A stretch of 64,000 bases of DNA from Octopus bimaculoides (GCF_001194135.2 NC_068987.1:101229149-101293148), one strand, 5' to 3'; positions 41,427 to 53,198 are shown, numbered from the stretch's first letter. Numbers and translations are program-made. Notes: generated by a model not told the origin, from the letters alone.

Positions 41427-42207
41427 GGATCTAGTTCAAAACGGGGCACCAGTTTTCATTTATGTTTCATGTAGTGTTTTTGGTACCGAAAGACTTTCAA
41501 ACTTCGTATACGTATCTATTTTCTGTTATAGAACAGAAAAAAAATTTTGTATTCGAAGTTATTTCATGTAAAAAATTGTCTTATTTCGATAATTTCAACC
41601 AATCACTGACAAGTATTCAGCTGTTTACAGTTACTCCTTTGACAGTTTAAGCGGTTCCTTTGGCAGTGTAAGCGGTGTAAAGCGTATTTAATCTCCATTA
41701 CTTCTGACATTTTGCAGAGAGGCAACACACGTGCGTTCGTTTTCCTTCGTTTTATTTTTAATATAATTTCGTTAACATCTGCCTGAACTGTATGTGTACA
41801 ACATTTGCCCTAACCCTAACCCTAACCCTAACCTTAACTCTAACCCTAACCCTAACCCTAACCCTAAATCTTCCCTCAAAAACCAGGCCTTGTGCCTATA
41901 ATAGAAAGGTTTATTAGCTACTGCCAATATGCTTCAGCCATTTTTTGACAAGGAAATAATAATTTTATCACCGCCAGAATCGTTTATTTACGTAGTCAGC
42001 ACTTACTATATTCGGCTGAATGGACGTCAGTCATTGGTTGAAATTACAGAAATACGACAACTTTAACATGAAATAAGTTGCAATATAATAATTTTTCTTA
42101 AGAAGACTAAGAGAAAAAGATGTTTTATATGACACATTCTACCAGTGTCCCAAGTTTCAAAGTGTTTCGTTAAGAAAATAATGGCGCCCTCGTTTTGAAC
42201 TAGATCC
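41427..42207. mobile_element. 781-bp non-autonomous DNA transposon (MITE) with TIRs and 8-bp TSD
   Basis: GGATCTAGTTCAAAACGGGGCACC / GGCGCCCTCGTTTTGAACTAGATCC; flanks CACTGGGT (41419-41426) and CACTAGGT (42208-42215); imperfect subterminal inverted segments (AATTTCAACCAATCACTGAC / GTCAGTCATTGGTTGAAATT). Confidence 0.88.
41808..41867. repeat. Interstitial telomere-like repeat, (CCCTAA) x10 with two variant units
   Basis: Directly visible; lies at the centre of the MITE. Confidence 0.95.
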
Positions 42208-42379
42208 CACTAGGTTTGAGGATGGGTTGACGATTAGGGAAGTATTGGAGGGTAGGTGAACGTCAATTAAACTCAATTGACAAAATTCATGCTACTAGTC
42301 ACTTTGAGTTATTGCATGCATACATACATGACCACATACATACACACATCGATTACGATTATAAGTCTTACAGTTCATC

Positions 42380-42566
42380 CAATAAACGGAAAAGCCTGCT
42401 CGTGAAAGTTATCTGACAAGGTGGTCCTTTGAATTACAGATAGTACACATTTTTGCAAGCTGGGTGGACATGAAATAAAGTACCTGAATCAAGGAAATAA
42501 CGCAGCGTCAGGAATCAAACTAACGATCTTGAACCGAATACCCTACAGACTAAGCCACACGCCTTG
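42380..42566 (-). mobile_element. Degenerate tRNA-headed SINE (second family)
   Basis: GAAATAAAGTACCTGAATCAAGGAAATAACGC...GGAATCAAACT...CTAAGCCACACGCCTTGCC parallels 23270-23386. Confidence 0.5.
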
Positions 42567-42904
42567 CCTTTCTGTATCCTCTTCTTTTACATACTACATT
42601 TTCAACTGAACTTGATAAATATTAGATTGTTGAACTGACTTAATTCACCACGGAACTAAAATTTTACTCGAAACAATCACTAAATTTTAAATACTTTGTT
42701 CTACTGATTGTGCAGAAATATACTACTTCGGCATTTAGTGAGTTATTCAAGAGAGCTTATAGGGTATGTTACGTACAATCTATTTTCTGATAGATGACAT
42801 AGAGAAAATAAAAGATATTCCAGAGAATGTCTTTCCCAGCTGTGACAGAAAATTTGAAGTCAAATATAATGCCAGGAAACTAATAACAACAACAGCAATA
42901 ATGA

Positions 42905-43058
42905 TTTTTTCCACTAAAAGCACAAGGCCTGAAATTTGGGGGAGAGGGATGGTCAGATACATCGATCCCCAGTACTCAACTGGTACTTATTTTATCGACC
43001 TCGAAAAGATGAACGGCAAAGTCATCCTCGGCGGAATTTGAACTCAGAACATGAAGAA
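42905..43058 (-). mobile_element. Octopus-type SINE, 5'-truncated
   Basis: ACAAGGCCTGAAATTTGGGGG...AACTGGTACTTATTTTATCGAC...GGCGGAATTTGAACTCAGAAC. Confidence 0.88.
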
Positions 43059-43224
43059 GAACAACAAAAATAATAATAATGGACTCTCCCGTCGATGATG
43101 ACGTATGAGTGTTCCACTTTTACCGTATGAACTGTATAAAAAAATTGTTTATAGTCATCAAATTTTCATACTGCAGATTAGCTCCCTCCCTCCTTCAAAT
43201 CGACATTCACTCTGCAGGTGCACG

Positions 43225-43360
43225 GTGTCGAAGTATTCGCAGAGCAACGTGAAACGAAGTATTTTCCTCAAGAACACATTGCACCCTCCGGTCTAGTAAT
43301 TGAAACCACGATCTCGTGATCGTGAGCGCAACCCCCTATCCACTACAGCTTGCGCACTCA
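43225..43360 (-). mobile_element. Degenerate tRNA-headed SINE (second family)
   Basis: GAGCAACGTGAAACGAAGTATTTTCCTCAAGAACAC...GAAACCACGATCTCGTGATCGTGAG parallels 23265-23386. Confidence 0.6.
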
Positions 43361-43634
43361 TAATAGAAATGATGATGACGATGATGATGATGATGATAAC
43401 AACAGCAACAAGGAAAGAAGAATTAACGTTCGACAAAGCGGTCTTTAGAAATTTGGGAAAATAGTCGACACATTTATGCATTGAGTATATCGATTATTGA
43501 AAAGCACACAACCTAGTCACAGATTTGTGGATCCAGCGAAATATGGGACTCTTCAAGATCTCGGAATGATTAAGTGCCTGGTAAGTGCCTGGAAAGTAGA
43601 TTAAACACGAGTAGAGAAAAGATTAACAGAGGTC

Positions 43635-43900
43635 TAGATTAGAAAAGGAATCTTTCAAGGGAACAATATTTCCCCTATCTGCTTCGTATTTTCACTGATC
43701 CATTTGTCTAAACAATGCTAACGAATGATACTCGCTGGGAAAATATGAAAAGAAAAGCTAATCATTTATTTATGGATTATTTAATGCTCAATGCCAAAAA
43801 CAAGAACCTACGTTAATTTTTAGTCCCAACGCTAAGAATATTTATTAAAGACATTGGTATGACGTTTAGAGAATGAAGCGAGAGAATTCATTGATAGCAC
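43635..43900 (+). mobile_element. Decayed R4/Dong-type non-LTR RT fragment (first)
   Basis: IRKGIFQGNNISPICF, ANHLFMDYLMLNAK (HLLYMDDLKLYA) and KDIGMTF in shifting frames. Confidence 0.75.
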
Positions 43901-44089
43901 TGGAGTAGAATCCTAGTAACGAGAATATAATATCGTTAAACCCAGAAGAAACGTGTGGGTGAAAATATCAATTACTGTGTAAGAAACTAATAATTGAAAC
44001 GGGAAGGATAAAGTAATGTTTGTTCATGACAAGGATGCGTTACCACTAAGATTTTGACAGTTTTTCTCACCACCTGGGTCTTATAAACA

Positions 44090-44668
44090 ATTTCCATGTG
44101 TAAGGGATCTAAAAACAGTACGCAGATACACAAAATACGTCATAAGTAAATGGCAGACAATTCAGGAAATACTGATAAAAAAGGATATCTATAAAAAAAC
44201 TAAGCCTATAACCACTGAAAAAGGGATATTCCAAGGAGTCCCTCACTCTCACCTCCTACTCTCTCTACTTTATTCCTGCCTGAGGCTAATCATTTAATTT
44301 ATAATTCAAATCAAATTGCCATGGGAGAACAATCGACCATCTTTTGTATACGAACGACTGCATGTTTTACGCTGCTGTAGACCAAAACAAGAAACTATTG
44401 CTGTCAGTACAAAGATTAAGTAGAAGAATTAACTACAAGAGCTGAAATGACAATAGATTTATAAAATATGCTGAAAAGGAGCCTTAAAGAGAGGAATATA
44501 AATGATAATGTGAGGCAGAAAGACATTGGCAACAAAAGTTACTCAAACATAGACTTACGAATATTTAGGAATTAATCAATCAGATAAAGTATAACTTATA
44601 TAAATGAAAGAAAGCGTTACGAAGGAGTATTATAAACACAGTAGATATATACTTAATTACAGAGTTAT
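44090..44668 (+). mobile_element. Decayed R4/Dong-type non-LTR RT fragment (second)
   Basis: KGIFQG, TIDHLLYTNDCMFYA, YEYLGINQSDK and MKESVTKEYYKHSRYILN in the expected order; ends at the palindrome. Confidence 0.78.
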
Positions 44669-45060
44669 TTATATAAGGGCATTACTATACAAGAATGCCT
44701 CACGCTATGAGGGACTCTAAGGTCAGACTACCATAATAAACACATTTTTACCGAACGCGAGGAAATGCAACTCTCAAAGCTAGCCCCTTAAAAACAGACT
44801 GAATTATAGATCATGATTTCGTAGTTATTGTAGTATCATACAACTTCTACTCGTCAGTACAATATGGTCAAGATACGAGTAGAAGTTGTATAATACTACA
44901 ATAACTACGAAATCATGATCTATAATTCAGTCTGATTTTAAGGGGCTAGCTTTGAGAGTTGCATTTCCTCGCGTTCGGTAAAAATGTGTTTATTACGGTA
45001 GTCTGACCTTAGAGTCCCTCATAGCGTGAGGCATTCTTGTATAGTAATACCCTTATATAA
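44669..45060. repeat. 392-bp near-perfect palindrome (186-bp arms, 20-nt loop)
   Basis: 44669-44854 is the reverse complement of 44875-45060, with four mismatches by my manual count and no indels. Confidence 0.95.
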
Positions 45061-47216
45061 AAAATATATATTTTGGGGAAGAAATTATGGATTTTTTCCC
45101 ATATGAGGTTTTTTTTTTCACGCTTGCTACTTGATAAATTCTTGTAACATAATTCATCCTATTATTGAATAGTTAGAGTTAAATAGAATAAAATATTATT
45201 TGTCAATACTGTAATACTTTATACACACTTTTCTCCATAATATAGAATTTCGTTCCTTAATTTCTACGTCAATAGATGCAATCTAAATAACATGCAGAAG
45301 ACCTTATTTGTTTTGTAGCTATGAAGAAGCAGGGTTAGTGGACAATATCAAGCGGGAAGGACTTTAATTCTTCGGTTAAACGTTCATATGCTTTCCTAGG
45401 ATAATCTGAGGGAGACAGTGTGGTTGGGGTAAGAAATACCTCTCTCCAGTAAACTTGCTTAGAGGTGGGTGGAAGTGGAACGTAAATGCTTTTAATTTTC
45501 GATCATGACTTGAATTTGAAAAAAAATATTGAGTAAGAATAAATTGCGTTTCCGTTTCTGCCAAATAATAAAGTAGAAGAAATCGCAAGTGAGAGAATAC
45601 ACGTTGCTGAAATAAAATAGTAATGTTTTTAACAATAAAAATATAACCATAAAAATAACTTAGTGAAGAAGAAAAAAAATTATAATTTTATAAGATCATT
45701 GAGAACATTATTGCATACATGAATACATTTGCTATACCCAATATAGCACATTGGTCTTTATGATAGTGGACAGAGGACAGCATGTGATTTCGTAACAGTG
45801 ATATGATATAGCCTGCTTCTTATAGCAGCGCTCAAGACATGATACATTAACTATTTTAAGATACCACAATATTTGATGACAAATCTGTAATTAAGAGACT
45901 ACGGGTGATAAGAAGGTGGAGGGGAAAATAAGCAAAGAATATTCCAGAACGCATTTAGAAAACGATTATTAACACGACCTATTCATTTCGAAATTCACAC
46001 GAAAATATATGCTTAATGTAGCTAAGTGTTCACATAACATGCAAATGAATCAATAATTGATGTTTTAATGAAATTCAAGATTAAGCAAATAACTAACATA
46101 TACAAGAACTGAGATCACAAGACAAAGTGAGCCGTTAAACTGAATATAATAACGGTAAACGCACATTTTTGTTTGGCTAAAAATACGACACGTCCGCGCG
46201 CACGCACACACACATACACGCACACACATGCAGAATTTCCACACACACATATACATGATTATACTAATGTGTGTGCATATATATATATATATATATATAC
46301 ACACACTTATGTACATACATGTAAACACGTTCGTAACGTAATGGATAATTGGGAGCATTATTAACGTTAGCTATGGCGTTAGCTAACTTGTACCATCTGG
46401 ACCAGGCTGATAGCTCTTGAATGATGGCGGCATTAAAATCATGCGTAACGTTATTTTTAAAAGCCATCATTGCACATTCTAAAAACCACTCATGGTTTCT
46501 ATAATTGTTAGGGATAAAATTTCATTACAACAGCAATAAGTGTATTGATGGTTGATCCACAATTTATATATAGATGTTTTCGATCCAGTTTGGATTCTTT
46601 GCAAGCAAATTTGAATTCTTTGCAATCAAATTTGAATTTTTCATAGGGACTTTGTAAGACAAGCTAAAATGCAGAAAGCAGTCAACAGGCATGCGCTGAA
46701 GTGTTGCAAACGGTAGAAAGTAGGAGTCTTCATCCTCGAAAGAATATTCGATGACCACAAATCGATTCGAAGCTAGTTTATCGAAATTGGTGCTCAAGCC
46801 TTGAAAAAAAAAAGAGTTAAACTACATCAGCCGTAAGGGAATGCATGCCTACCTTATCTAACGCGTCCAGTAGAGCCCACTGTTACTCGAAGTTCGATAT
46901 AATGCCGAGCTTGGGACAACAAACCTGAGTTGGATAAAGTCGAATAGTAAGCTCTTTGCTCTTTATAACCGTTTTATGAAGTCCCTTTTTTTGTTAAAAA
47001 ATTGTTCAATTTTCATCTCAAATCGAACGGATTGGTTCTTTTAAGGTCACTCTTGGGTAAAGTTCGAATAGAAAGCTCAAATAGCATAGTTCTCGAATGA
47101 AAACTCTACACCTATCAAGAACTTATGAGCATTACTTTTGCATAATACTATTACTAATAGCAATTCACCATACGTAGGCATAGAGGAAAAAATGAGCTCA
47201 TACTAATCCTGATATA

Positions 47217-48066
47217 ACGACCTGCCTGAATGCGTCCACGTGTCATCTAAGACACGTGCNNNNNNNNNNTGCATGCCATATACAATAGACAGCCTAGTTA
47301 AAAGACATACCACTGGGGAGGGAGGATGTAGTATAAACCCGAGCTCTAAAGTAATTTTATGCAATTTTGGGGGAGGGGGAGGGGTGAAATTACCCTTATG
47401 ATTAAAAGTTATGATCAACAATTGTTGATTAAATCAGACCAGGTTTATTAGCTATCCTGAGATAAGGGTTTTTTTAATTTTCCCAACTGATATTTCTCGC
47501 TAAAAAGTTGCAGTTTGTAAAAATGTACAAATTATCTTGAATGAATCATTCGTTCATGATCTCCTCATGTTCAAACCGGTCGACGTAACGGAGCATCTTT
47601 TGGTGGAAGCTATCGCAGTATTGATAAGTTATTTCATCGAACTTTTCAGATATCAATTGGTAAAGCTCGGCCTCGTTCTTTGCCGCGCCTTAGATAACCG
47701 AGCGTTTCCAAATGGAGAAAAAGAGTTAAAGTACATCAGCCTTACGGCTGATGTAGTTTAACTCTTTTTTTTTTTATCAAGGCTTNNNNNNNNNNACGAC
47801 CTGCCTGAATGCGTCCACGTGTCATCTAAGACACGTGCATGCCATATACAATAGACAGCCTAGTTAAAAGACATACCACTGGGGAGGGAGGATGTAGTAT
47901 AAACCCGAGCTCTAAAGTAATTTTATGCAATTTTGGGGGAGGGGGAGGGGTGAAATTACCCTTATGATTAAAAGTTATGATCAACAATTGTTGATTAAAT
48001 CAGACCAGGTTTATTAGCTATCCTGAGATAAGGGTTTTTTTAATTTTCCCAACTGATATTTCTCGC
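47217..48066. other. Direct duplication around small gaps, probable assembly artefact
   Basis: 47217-47500 recurs essentially identically at 47796-48066; both copies abut or contain N runs. Confidence 0.8.
47540..47715 (-). mobile_element. Possible C-terminal fragment of a Tc1/IS630-type transposase
   Basis: IWKRSVI*GAAKNEAELYQLISEKFDEITYQYCDSFHQKMLRYV loosely fits the L...I...F..IT...C tail of DDE_3 transposases; catalytic motifs are absent. Confidence 0.3.
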
Positions 48067-48373
48067 NNNNNNNNNNNNNNNNNNNNNNNNNNNNNNNNNN
48101 NNNNNNNNNNNNNNNNNNNNNNNNNNNNNNNNNNNNNNNNNNNNNNNNNNNNNNNNNNNNNNNNNNNNNNNNNNNNNNNNNNNNNNNNNNNNNNNNNNNN
48201 NNNNNNNNNNNNNNNNNNNNNNNNNNNNNNNNNNNNNNNNNNNNNNNNNNNNNNNNNNNNNNNNNNNNNNNNNNNNNNNNNNNNNNNNNNNNNNNNNNNN
48301 NNNNNNNNNNNNNNNNNNNNNNNNNNNNNNNNNNNNNNNNNNNNNNNNNNNNNNNNNNNNNNNNNNNNNNNNN

Positions 48374-48422
<49 letters not shown>

Positions 48423-49134
48423 GATATATGTATGTATGTATGTATATGTTGATGCAATTAAAACAATTGTTGGATTTTTAAGGTGTGATCTAAAATATAA
48501 ATATGATTTCCTTCGTATATATTATTCATTGTTGGTAAAACTCTGCATTTCTTAACATTCTGCACAAAGATTGTTAGATTTACCTGTCATACATAAGGAT
48601 TTACCTGGAATTTGTAGTTTACATAAATTTACTGGTATCTACTTGTTGGAAATTTAACCTTACTCCTTTATACTGAGTGCTTACCTGATATCTGCCAGGA
48701 TTTTTCAATCCCATTTTTACACGCGCGCACGCATATGTATATATATATTGTTATCGTCTCTCTCAATGACAAGTGCTAACTGGCACAATGAAATAAAGTC
48801 TTTGTAAACGGAGTTGCAGAAACTTATTTAGATAGTGTATCAGGCATGCGAATCGAGAAATGAAGCTTTTTTGTTGTCTCAGCTATACAGTTTTCTTTGA
48901 AGCATGCGCTTAAGTCATTAGCATATTACTGAGAGACTTAGACTGAACTCACAGGAGAACATGAGTGACTCCAACGTTAATGGTAAGGAAACGTTTGAAA
49001 TTTTGTAAAATACGATCGAGGGCCTCTAAACGAGTTAGTAAGATAGAGAGCACTCATTTGATACTTTCAATTTGCCTTGCTTCAGAACTCATGCATCATT
49101 AGATTCTTTACCAATATAGCAGACAAGAACAAAG

Positions 49135-49360
49135 TGGTGAGTTAGCAGAATCGTTTGCACGCAGGACAAAATACTTGCCAGCATTTCGTGCGTCTTTACA
49201 TTCTGAGTTCAAATGCTGCCGAGGTCGTGTTTGCTTTTCATTTTTCTTTTATTTCGGGTGCAATCAAAATAATTAGCTGTTGTACACTGGAATTGATCTA
49301 ATCGATCTACCCCTCTCCCTGAAATTTTTGACCTTGTACCAAAATTTAGAAGCAATATTG
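49135..49360 (+). mobile_element. Octopus-type SINE, diverged full length
   Basis: GGTGAGTTAGCAGAATCGTTTGCACGC...TTCTGAGTTCAAATGCTGCCGAGGTCG...CTAATCGATCTACCCC...ACCTTGTACCAAAATTTAGAA. Confidence 0.85.
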
Positions 49361-49611
49361 AACACAATACCTTCAATATGTGTTAGATCCAGCGGCACTT
49401 TTAAAGTATAATGAACAGTTCTGTCATCTGCGAGTAAAGTACAACAATTCCAGAGGAACCTTCTGGAATAGCAATCTGATTGAGTGAATGAACATTTTCT
49501 CCTTAAGTTGATCATGAGAAAATGTTGCTGGTTCACAAAAACCATTAAAACATATTCATTATGGTGAAGCCAGCAGTTGTTCCTGTTTGCATAAGCAATT
49601 TTTTTTTTTAC

Positions 49612-49674
49612 CTAGAAGTATAAAGCTACAGTCATAATGGGCATCGTTGTAGTAACGTGAATCTATGTTGAAGA
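49612..49674 (-). CDS. Candidate 63-nt symmetric (phase 1-1) exon, (V)FNIDSRYYNDAHYDCSFILL
   Basis: Pyrimidine-rich acceptor CATCCTCTTTTTCCTTATATGAAACAG, donor CTAG|GTAAAA, open frame in phase with the upstream ATG exon. Confidence 0.35.
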
Positions 49675-50376
49675 CTGTTTCATATAAGGAAAAAGAGGAT
49701 GTTAAATTACCTATATTGGGAATTATATTTCTGAAGATGCCTGAGGAGTGGTTAGAGTGTTTCATTATATAAAATATTCCTTTATTAAACTGGGGCTCAA
49801 GTTTAAAACTAGGGAGTAAGTTAACATCTAATTTAACACAGTTAAGGTTTGTAACTAGTCATTTTGTAATTTATTCGTTATAGAATATAAGATCATATCC
49901 GAGTCTAGCTAGTTCGTGCACGACTAAATATTGATTGATAACCTCTGTATGCACCTTCAGTATATACGTTTATTCATATACATAAATTTATGTGTGTGTG
50001 TGGTATGTGTGTGAGTGTGTGGTGTGTGTGTGTGTGTGGTGTGTGAGTGTGTGGTGTCTGTGTGTGTGGTGTGTGTGTGTGTGTGTGTAGATAAATAGAT
50101 AGATTGATAAATGCAAGCATCAAATTGACAGTATCATTCGAATGAAATAGTATTCGTTCCAACTCTTAGTGATCTGAATTCAAACGACACTTATTTCCAC
50201 TTTGCTTTTTATCCTATTCGTGATTTGTAACACAAACACGCACGCGCACACATAGACACACACACATGCACACACACATGTACATACACACTCACACACA
50301 CATTGACAGAATTGTGTACCCGTAATTTCAGCTAGAATACTCTTTTATCACTTGTTCTTCAATAACATCGACTTAC

Positions 50377-50413
50377 CTGCTAAAGATAATATGGCTAATT
50401 TTAAGGGAAACAT
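50377..50413 (-). CDS. Candidate first coding exon with signal-peptide-like start MFPLKLAILSLA (whole exon 50377-50444)
   Basis: Acceptor GTCATTTTTCTTCAG, in-frame upstream TAG, AAAATG start, 12 mostly hydrophobic codons, consensus donor CAG|GTAAGT in phase 1. Confidence 0.45.
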
Positions 50414-52177
50414 TTTCTACGAAACACCAAAAATATATGCCCTACTGAAGAAAAATGACTGCATTTTGCTCTGTGCAAAACTTGCCTTGTGGACAGCAAA
50501 AAGGAGCCTTGGTTATGCAGAACAACAAAATCATTTCAACGATACTTTTCTTTTTAACACATTTCATTGCTTTATTTTATGTACACTCATTGTATATCGT
50601 TTCTATTAATGTAACGTTGGTAAAATGACAATCTACATCTATGGAGGAAATTTGGCCAAAGAAAAAATTCTAAGAATCTATTTGATGATCTTCTGCTAAA
50701 TTTGATCGGAACGTATTTCTGTACGGTATTGTCTAGTCATTGGACGACTTCATCATGGTTACATTGATTTCGAATATTATAGTTAGAAGAAAATTTTGAT
50801 TATGTGACTTAACATATCCATAAATGTTAAACGTTTCTTAGAATTGGTGAGGTATAGATCCTATTTAAGCGATCACGATAGTTACTGATTTGTTGAGGCT
50901 ACTATTTAGTTGAGCAACGATCTCCTCCCTAATTTTAATGTTCTACCTCTTATCACATTATATACTGTCTACTTTTCTAATGCATTCGTCCTTGTATATA
51001 ATGACTAACGGGTTGCTATTATCCCTTTCTAGCTGTTCGTACATTCTCATTATTTTACAAATCCTGCAGTGTTAGCTTAAGTATATTAACATACGCACTT
51101 GAAATACTACATTTGTATGCACATTATGAATGTTATATACCCTAGAATTTTTATCCAGGATTGCTTCAAGTATATATATATCAATTTAATTTAAACAACG
51201 CTAGCTTTTGCACGAACCAGTAAACGTTTTATATCAGAACAAGCATTTTTGATTAGGTCACAAAGTCCAGCGTAGTCGTCAGTGAGAAGACCAAATCAGG
51301 TTGAATCATCGTGTCTGGCGATGCACCGATGTTCTGATCGAAACCCTGTGTTTTCAACACACAAGTCTCTGATATGTTGACTGAAACAAAATGTTACAAC
51401 TCATGCTGTTTCACGCTTGTATAAATATTATAAATATTATACACACCAGTAACTTGTTAAGTTTGTTTTTGTTGTGTTAATATCGACGTTTATTGCGTTC
51501 ATATTTGAATATATTTCGTTGTTTGCCATTAAATTTTTAAACTCTTTTTATCAGAAAGATCCTCAAGAGATTGAGAAGATTAATTCAAGTTCGAACTTCT
51601 TCATGTTTTAGATATATTTTACTTTGAGGTGAAAATAAGTTGAAGTTGTGTGATGTAATTCGAACAGGGCTGAGATTGTGCTACGAGACGTTACTGAATC
51701 TATGTCCATGAGTGGGCAGTAATGCTTTACTCGTTATAAAGCCTACTGAACTCGTGTATAGTGTTATTGCTTATTCGACTTGAAAGCAGAATCTGTAGAT
51801 CATCGATACCTGAGAAGATATTACTAAGTAAACGTTTGTTACTGATTTTTCGATATCCTGTTTTCAATAGGGGGATTTCCGTTGATAATGTTTCATTCTA
51901 TTCTGCGTCGCTATGTCTATTTGATGTTCGATCAGCTTTTGCCGAAATTCTGATGTATATTGTGGGTTTTTTGCTGCTTCAACGAGCAAATTTATAATGT
52001 TTCGAACTAAACATAAAGGAGGAAAAAGGAAATATGAAAAATCCTTAGTAAAATAGATTAAACTTGAACGCTATCATATCTTTAATATATGTTTGAAAGA
52101 AAACCTCTTCACTGATTAGATACACACACATACACACACATTCACACGCGCGCAAACACACACTCTTTCTTTCTCTC

Positions 52178-52233
<56 letters not shown>

Positions 52234-52361
52234 ACACACATACACATAAAGAGGAAGATAGAGTGATAGACAAATGTCATACATGAAACTCGAGTCCCTA
52301 CAGTAATTTTGTGGTGATTTCGACTACAAAAGTAATACATAAGTGTGTGTTTGTTTGTGTG

Positions 52362-52404
<43 letters not shown>

Positions 52405-53039
52405 ATGAGTGAGCGCACGTACGCGCGTGTGCGTACCTGCGTTTGTATATCTAAAACAGAGTGTGTGCGGGTGTCTGTATGCGTATGCGTGTATGAGTGT
52501 GTTTATATGCGTATGTGTCTGTATGCGTATGTATGTGTGTATATCTGTATGCGTGTGTGCGTGTGAATGTGTGTGTACGTAAATGTATTTACATGAGATT
52601 TGCTCTGACGCCAAACTCTTTATTTGCAAACAAAAATCTACGTATTCCTTTTTCTTCAATGGCATAAAATAAACCCTCATAAGAGCACAGCAAAGCCGCT
52701 TTGCTAAAAAAAAAAATTTTTTTTCTTTTTTCTCTTTTTGTTTCAAACCAATCAACTTTCATGAGAATAATATATTTCACTTTGGAATATCAATCCTAAC
52801 CAATTTCTGTAACGGGTTCCCTGTCTACTCTTCTCAGCTACTGGGAAATCGATTCGAGTTATTTTCGTAATTTCAATATTATTTCTATTTCCATTTCATT
52901 GCAGCTTGACAAAAATAAAACAGATGTAACTCATCTCAATAATTGCAAGATTAGAATCATTTGCTAAATTATGTAATACTTGAAAAGAAATACCAAGTTA
53001 GTATTTTCACAATATTACATTTCCATCGTATATCATAAC

Positions 53040-53198
53040 CGAATTTTTTGAGGGCGGGGTATTCGATTAGATCGACCCCAGTACGCGACTGGTGCTTAGT
53101 TTATCGACAACGAAATGAATAAGGTTAATGTTGACCTCGGCGGAATTTGAACACAGAACGAAAAGACAGACGAAATACCGAAAAACATTGCGTCCGGT
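53040..53198 (-). mobile_element. Octopus-type SINE running into a gap
   Basis: TTCGATTAGATCGACCCCAGTACGCGACTGG...GACCTCGGCGGAATTTGAACACAGAACG. Confidence 0.88.

Larger units (their letters stand above)
40640..42265 (-). mobile_element. Decayed Penelope-like element RT fragment, interrupted by a MITE
   Basis: Minus-strand translation gives TLQYFPNRQPILKPSVLTLLCLTEIVPSLSC...VSGVTMGTK (GVAMGT motif), HYINGC (RYIDDC) and FTSVISETFIDFLGISI...SSSH, in the order of Penelope RT motifs. Confidence 0.85.

Noticed and set aside
41808-41867. Chromosome end or fusion site
   Set aside because: Only 10 units, in one orientation, embedded within a MITE.
46564-46797. ORF LSTNFDKLASNRFVVIEYSFEDEDSYFLPF as a phase-1 exon
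   Set aside because: No convincing donor, and its acceptor lies in sequence duplicated and inverted next to a gap.
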